Assembly (NCBI GenBank): GCA_030390025.1
Contig: CM059433.1
Location: 21,330,001-21,394,000, forward strand
Reading direction: 5' to 3'
DNA length: 64,000 bases
From: Squalus acanthias
Taxonomy: Eukaryota
Below the pieces are notes generated by a model. The model saw only the letters and a list, made by a program, of their open reading frames with translations. It searched no databases and was not told where the DNA came from. Within the stretch, counting starts at the first letter, position 1, and each line of letters begins with the position of its first letter. The translations under genes were made by a program, and so were the position numbers. This document shows, piece by piece, positions 59,601 to 64,000 of the stretch.

Positions 59601-62021
59601 TGGGTGTGTTCCTCACGTGGATAAAAAGAGCAACATGTTAATTGGTAGCATTATTCTCTTAAATTGCAGATAGATAAGTGGGCACCTTCTGTGCAGTCCA
59701 TTGCAAAAAATTGAAAACTGAAGGCGTCACAGTTTAAAGAGTAGAATGAGCCTCTATCAATCTGAAGACTAATGGGCTGTTTCTAGAGATTCAGATTGAA
59801 ATGTAATTTCAAAAGACTTTGGCATTTCAACCGATCTAGCTGCTTCTAGTCAAACTGTCATCCGAAATTTTGAAAAAAAATCAATAAGTGAATGCAGTCT
59901 GAACTTATCTAACCTTAATTTTCAAAAGGTTTACAAGAACACCTGTTTTTTGAAAGCCTCATAAGTGTTTGTATAAATTAATTATTTTTCTTCAGTTAGC
60001 TTTAACAAACATGACTCCTTTTTAAAAAAAAAGTTTATTTTGTCTTCTTGAGTGAGCCATCCCTTAGTCATTGTACATCAAAAACATGTTGTTCTTTCAT
60101 TTCATTGTTCTTTCCTGAACTCACTCATTGCATATTCATTGCAAATACTGTAATGCCCCAGCCAGAAAGCTTCTTTACATAAATGCATGTTCACTGAGGT
60201 TTGATTTAGATCCCTTTGTAACTTTTGTAAACATTGTGTCGAGTCAATAAATAAATGTATGATTTGCATTGCTAAACACAAGTGTTCCGTGTGGTGAAAG
60301 AGATGACTATGGTGTGTCTATTCATCCAAAGCTCAGTCTATCCGCAATGTTATGACTACGATGAAAGAATTAGTGTCGAATTGGGAATTTGTATTTCAAA
60401 TTGTCAGCAAACTCATTGCTTTATTTATAGTTTGTAGAACATTTCATCATTTTTCCCACTTTGGATTCAAGGAATTCAAATGCAACATTGGGTGCAGTGA
60501 TTGTCTCATTACACCCGAGTGTAAAACCCAAGACTTTCTAATTGGTCACAGGTACAGCAGCAAGGGGCAGAGGTCATGCACGGTGGTCATAAATTGATGT
60601 AGATTGGACCTTCGCTTCTCTGTGCAAACATTGTGGACATTCAGTACCTTATATCAGGAAGGAGTGGCCTCATGGATTAATATATTGGGCTTCTATTACA
60701 TTTTATTGGGAGAGGGCACGAATGGAAAAAAAAAAAATCAAAAATGTAATTTAATGAAATTTATTTTTTAGAAGTATTAACAACATATAGCTATGGGGTA
60801 AATTTTATGAGCACAGAGCTTTGTGCAATGGGAGCGCATATCAGGAATTTGGGCTCAGAGGTCAGTATGCCTGATTTACTGCCTGTGCAATTTTATGTCT
60901 CTTAAACTTTACTCCAAAATGTATGGTAAACAGGTTACCACTTTACAAGGGCACTCATTCCCAATGCATATTATTCCTTTTTGACTGGTGTGTTCCCCAC
61001 ACCCCCATGTGCTCCAACTTCCAAGTTCGGCGTTGTCAGTTAAGTAAAGCCTGATGCATTCTATCATCAGATTTGGGTCGACGACTTTAAATAGTGCTTG
61101 CAACAAAGTCGAGGGAGAAAATGGGATGATATTTTATTCAATGGTATAAAGTTTACAATTTTTCCATATTTGTAAAGAAGCAATTGATCATTCGAGTTTA
61201 AGAACTTCATTCAAAAGAGATCGAGAACATCATCAGACCATGAATGATTTGCAGGGAATCTCATTTCCGTATTATGTAAATAATATAATAAGTTCAACAC
61301 TAATATCTTGAGCAAAAATAATTTAAAAATGAAATAGGGAGCAGAATTTGTTTTATTTTAAATAAAAGTTGAGCAGATCTGCCATCAATTAAAATTATTT
61401 TTCATAATGAAGGCTAACTACCATCATTTTCCTTTGAACTCTGTCATGCACCTTGGAATTTGGAAAAAGATCAGTAGCATCTGCCGATGAGATTGCTCGG
61501 GTTTAATTTACAATAGCACTAATCTCCGCCTCCGCAGCATTAAAGCTTTGGGAATTTGCATTACCACTGAAATAAAGAATCGATAAAAGCAAACAAGCAA
61601 TTACTGGCACTACTGTCAGTTATATCCCTAATTAGATTACCAAGTCGACAAAGCACAAAAGTAAAGCTTCGTGGAAAATGGGGCTGCAGCCTGGTAAAGT
61701 CCGGTGTTTCTTTTATATCAGGCTGATTCCATACCTTTATCTTGGCTATTGGTCTCTGTTGCATGGTTTATGCCTGTTGGTGCCCCCCAGCCCATCCTTA
61801 GTGTTTTTCCTTTGCAGTTTTAATATAGATAATTATAAGGTAATGCAAGTTGGAACCAAATCAGCAAATGTGCACACCATAAAAGGGTAACTATTGGCAA
61901 TGGTGGAAAAGGAAGATGATTTTGGTTTGATCATCAGTCATTAAGCATTTCCAGACAGTGTGAAACTGTTATTGGTAAGGCTTAGCACGTACAAGGATGC
62001 ACCTTTAAAGCATTTGACAAT

Positions 62022-64000
62022 GGCTCAGAATCTGCTGAAGAAATAGCGGCGTCTGAACGACACACACCGTTATTAACGTACAAATTGACCAGCAACTTGT
62101 AGCCAGGAAGAGATACCCTGTGAATTGCGAATCGCCCCAAGGTGCCAGATGATTTGCGCCGCTCTGCCGTTAGCTTCGCAAAAACAGCATCTCGCCCTTA
62201 ACCTCCCTGTGATTTTCATGAAGTTGCTGCATTTGCATTTGCCCGTTAAACTCACCACAAACTGTTAGGTCTAGTAATTAACAGCTTAAGTACCCTTTTA
62301 ACAACATGATAATTGTTAATGACTGCCAATCATCCTCTCTTGCCCAGAAAGCAAACAATTCAAAGTGTGGAGTCTCATTCCTTCAGGTTGTGAATTGTTG
62401 TTGGAGATTTTAAAAATGTCAAATATAAAATTAAAACAAAAATTCTTACTTTTCTTTTCTGACTCTCTGGCCGTGATTTCGCCAGCCGTGGCAAGTCCGG
62501 TGCGGTCGGAGTAGACAGTGGCTTCAAACTCCGCACCCGTCTTCATTCCGCTGCCTCCAAGTGATTTTGCCCTGATTGGGCTTGTTAAGCCTACCCTGCA
62601 AGGTTCCCGGCCAATTAAAAGGAAGCGGGTCTGATGACATTATCTGATGACGCGTCATCAGTCGGTTTCCTTAAAGGGGCCATGTCCACATTCATTTTGA
62701 CAGTGGTGCTGTCAGTATTCTACAGCATTGAGGTGCTGCAAACACTGACAAGCACTGCACAAAGGTGCACGGCTGTACCCAGGCTCTCCCATGACTCCCT
62801 CCATATGCTTATGGAGGGAGTCACAGCACGCAGGGAGGTTCTCTTCCATTCCAATGGGTGGTAGAGACCTCCCCAGGACACCAACGCTGCCTGGTTGCAC
62901 ATTGCACAGGAGGGCACAAGCAGGGATGTTGTTAGGAGGACCAGGCTGCAGTGGCGCCAACCTTTCAATGATCTCAGTAGATCACGAAATGTTACTGCAA
63001 AGCCACACTCAACCTCATCCTGCTGTGCCACTCATCACATCCCCATCACTCTGCCTTCCCTACCCTATTCCTGCACATCCTTACACCAACTTACCTTGCA
63101 CCTCCACCTATCCCTCTCTATCTATATTATCACAAATCTGGCCATGATGAGGCCATCGCTGGTGTCCCGGGCAGCAATGTGCACGGGTGATGATGCCCTG
63201 TGTCAGTGCAGCATCAGTTGATTGCGGAGAAGGTTGGTGTGGATGTTGGTGCTGCTGGTGTGCCCGGTGATGCTGGTGTTGGGGCTGATCGTGGTGGGAT
63301 TCTGAACCAAGGTGAGATTTTTTCAAGGGCACCAATGCTGATGGAATAGATGGCAGCTGAGGTTGAGAATCTGTCAATGTCGAGATACGTTGTTCCAAGG
63401 AGGTGACAGTGGATAGAGAGATTACTCCATAACACTTCAAAAGTGCATAAAACTCAAAAGTGGGTTCCAAATCATTAATGCTCCAGCTTCTAAGATTGGG
63501 AAGTGAACAGCTGTGAAATGGTAGGTTTTAGACCACTTTTGCAGCTTTCACCTATTCACAGTAATCCACAGTCATTGAGAACCCGATATACTTACCTGAC
63601 GTGATAGCCGCTCTCCAGGAACCTCGATGAAAACCTGGTAAAATGGTAAGTACATGGGGAAATGGTTCTTAACTTCCTTTTAATAAGCTTTTAACTATCT
63701 AAATTGGCTGACCCGCCGCTTGGTGTCGGGTCTGTTCAGGGATGACAGACCCGGCACTTGGGAAACTGGCAAGGAGGCGGGTTTACAGCGGGATACCGCC
63801 CCGCTGTCAATCTTTGTGATTTTGACAGCGGACTCGCCTCCAAACCTGCACTATGAGCGCCTCTCTGTCTCTCTCAATCCAATATTTATTTGCCTCTCTT
63901 TCTGTACCTGATTTGACATTAAATTCACCCACTCTAATTCACCCTCCTTCCTCTAGTTATTTCCCAATCCTTTAATCTCATTGGTTGAGGAGATACAGTG
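62022..64000. mobile_element. Host MITE-like element running off the window, interrupted by 62469-63861
   Basis: GGCTCAGAAT.. start and CpG-rich arm; CT-rich tract rejoins across the insertion; right end not in window. Confidence 0.45.
62469..63861. mobile_element. 1.4-kb Harbinger derivative with decayed Myb/SANT exon 1 on plus strand (~62755-62990)
   Basis: GGCCGTGATTTC TIR; PRLSHDSLHMLMEGVTARREVLF..AWLHIAQE..RDVVRRTRLQWRQPFNDL; reverse-complement relative of 7478-9267; right TIR missing. Confidence 0.87.

Noticed and set aside
1..64000. CRISPR array, retron, prophage or other prokaryotic system
   Set aside because: No repeat-spacer array or operon structure; every RT seen is non-LTR LINE type

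Overview
Eukaryotic, repeat-dominated DNA with no recognisable intact host gene. The repeat repertoire (CR1 and L2 LINEs, SacSINE1/DeuSINE-like and AmnSINE2-like SINEs, Penelope-type palindromes, about 20 PIF/Harbinger-type MITEs with 3-bp target-site duplications) suggests a cartilaginous fish (shark) intergenic or intronic region; this is inferred from family recognition, not a database result. The long ORFs are LINE ORF2 pieces, and the other track ORFs are TE remnants or look spurious. Highlights: (1) a Harbinger deletion series from a 3.1-kb element with a 3-exon Myb/SANT-like pseudogene down to ~0.85-kb MITEs that keep promoter-like boxes, TGACAG/CTGTCA and GTTAA palindromes and splice donors on both strands; (2) a 215-bp Penelope-type fold-back with an 11-bp TSD and a complete minimal hammerhead ribozyme; (3) a probable solo LTR nested in an L2 and itself hit by a MITE; (4) a young CR1 ORF2 open for ~820 codons except one stop, with a duplicated 3' hairpin module; (5) candidate conserved non-coding elements. 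No prokaryotic-type system, CRISPR, rRNA or true tRNA gene is supported. Boundaries without a TSD are approximate.
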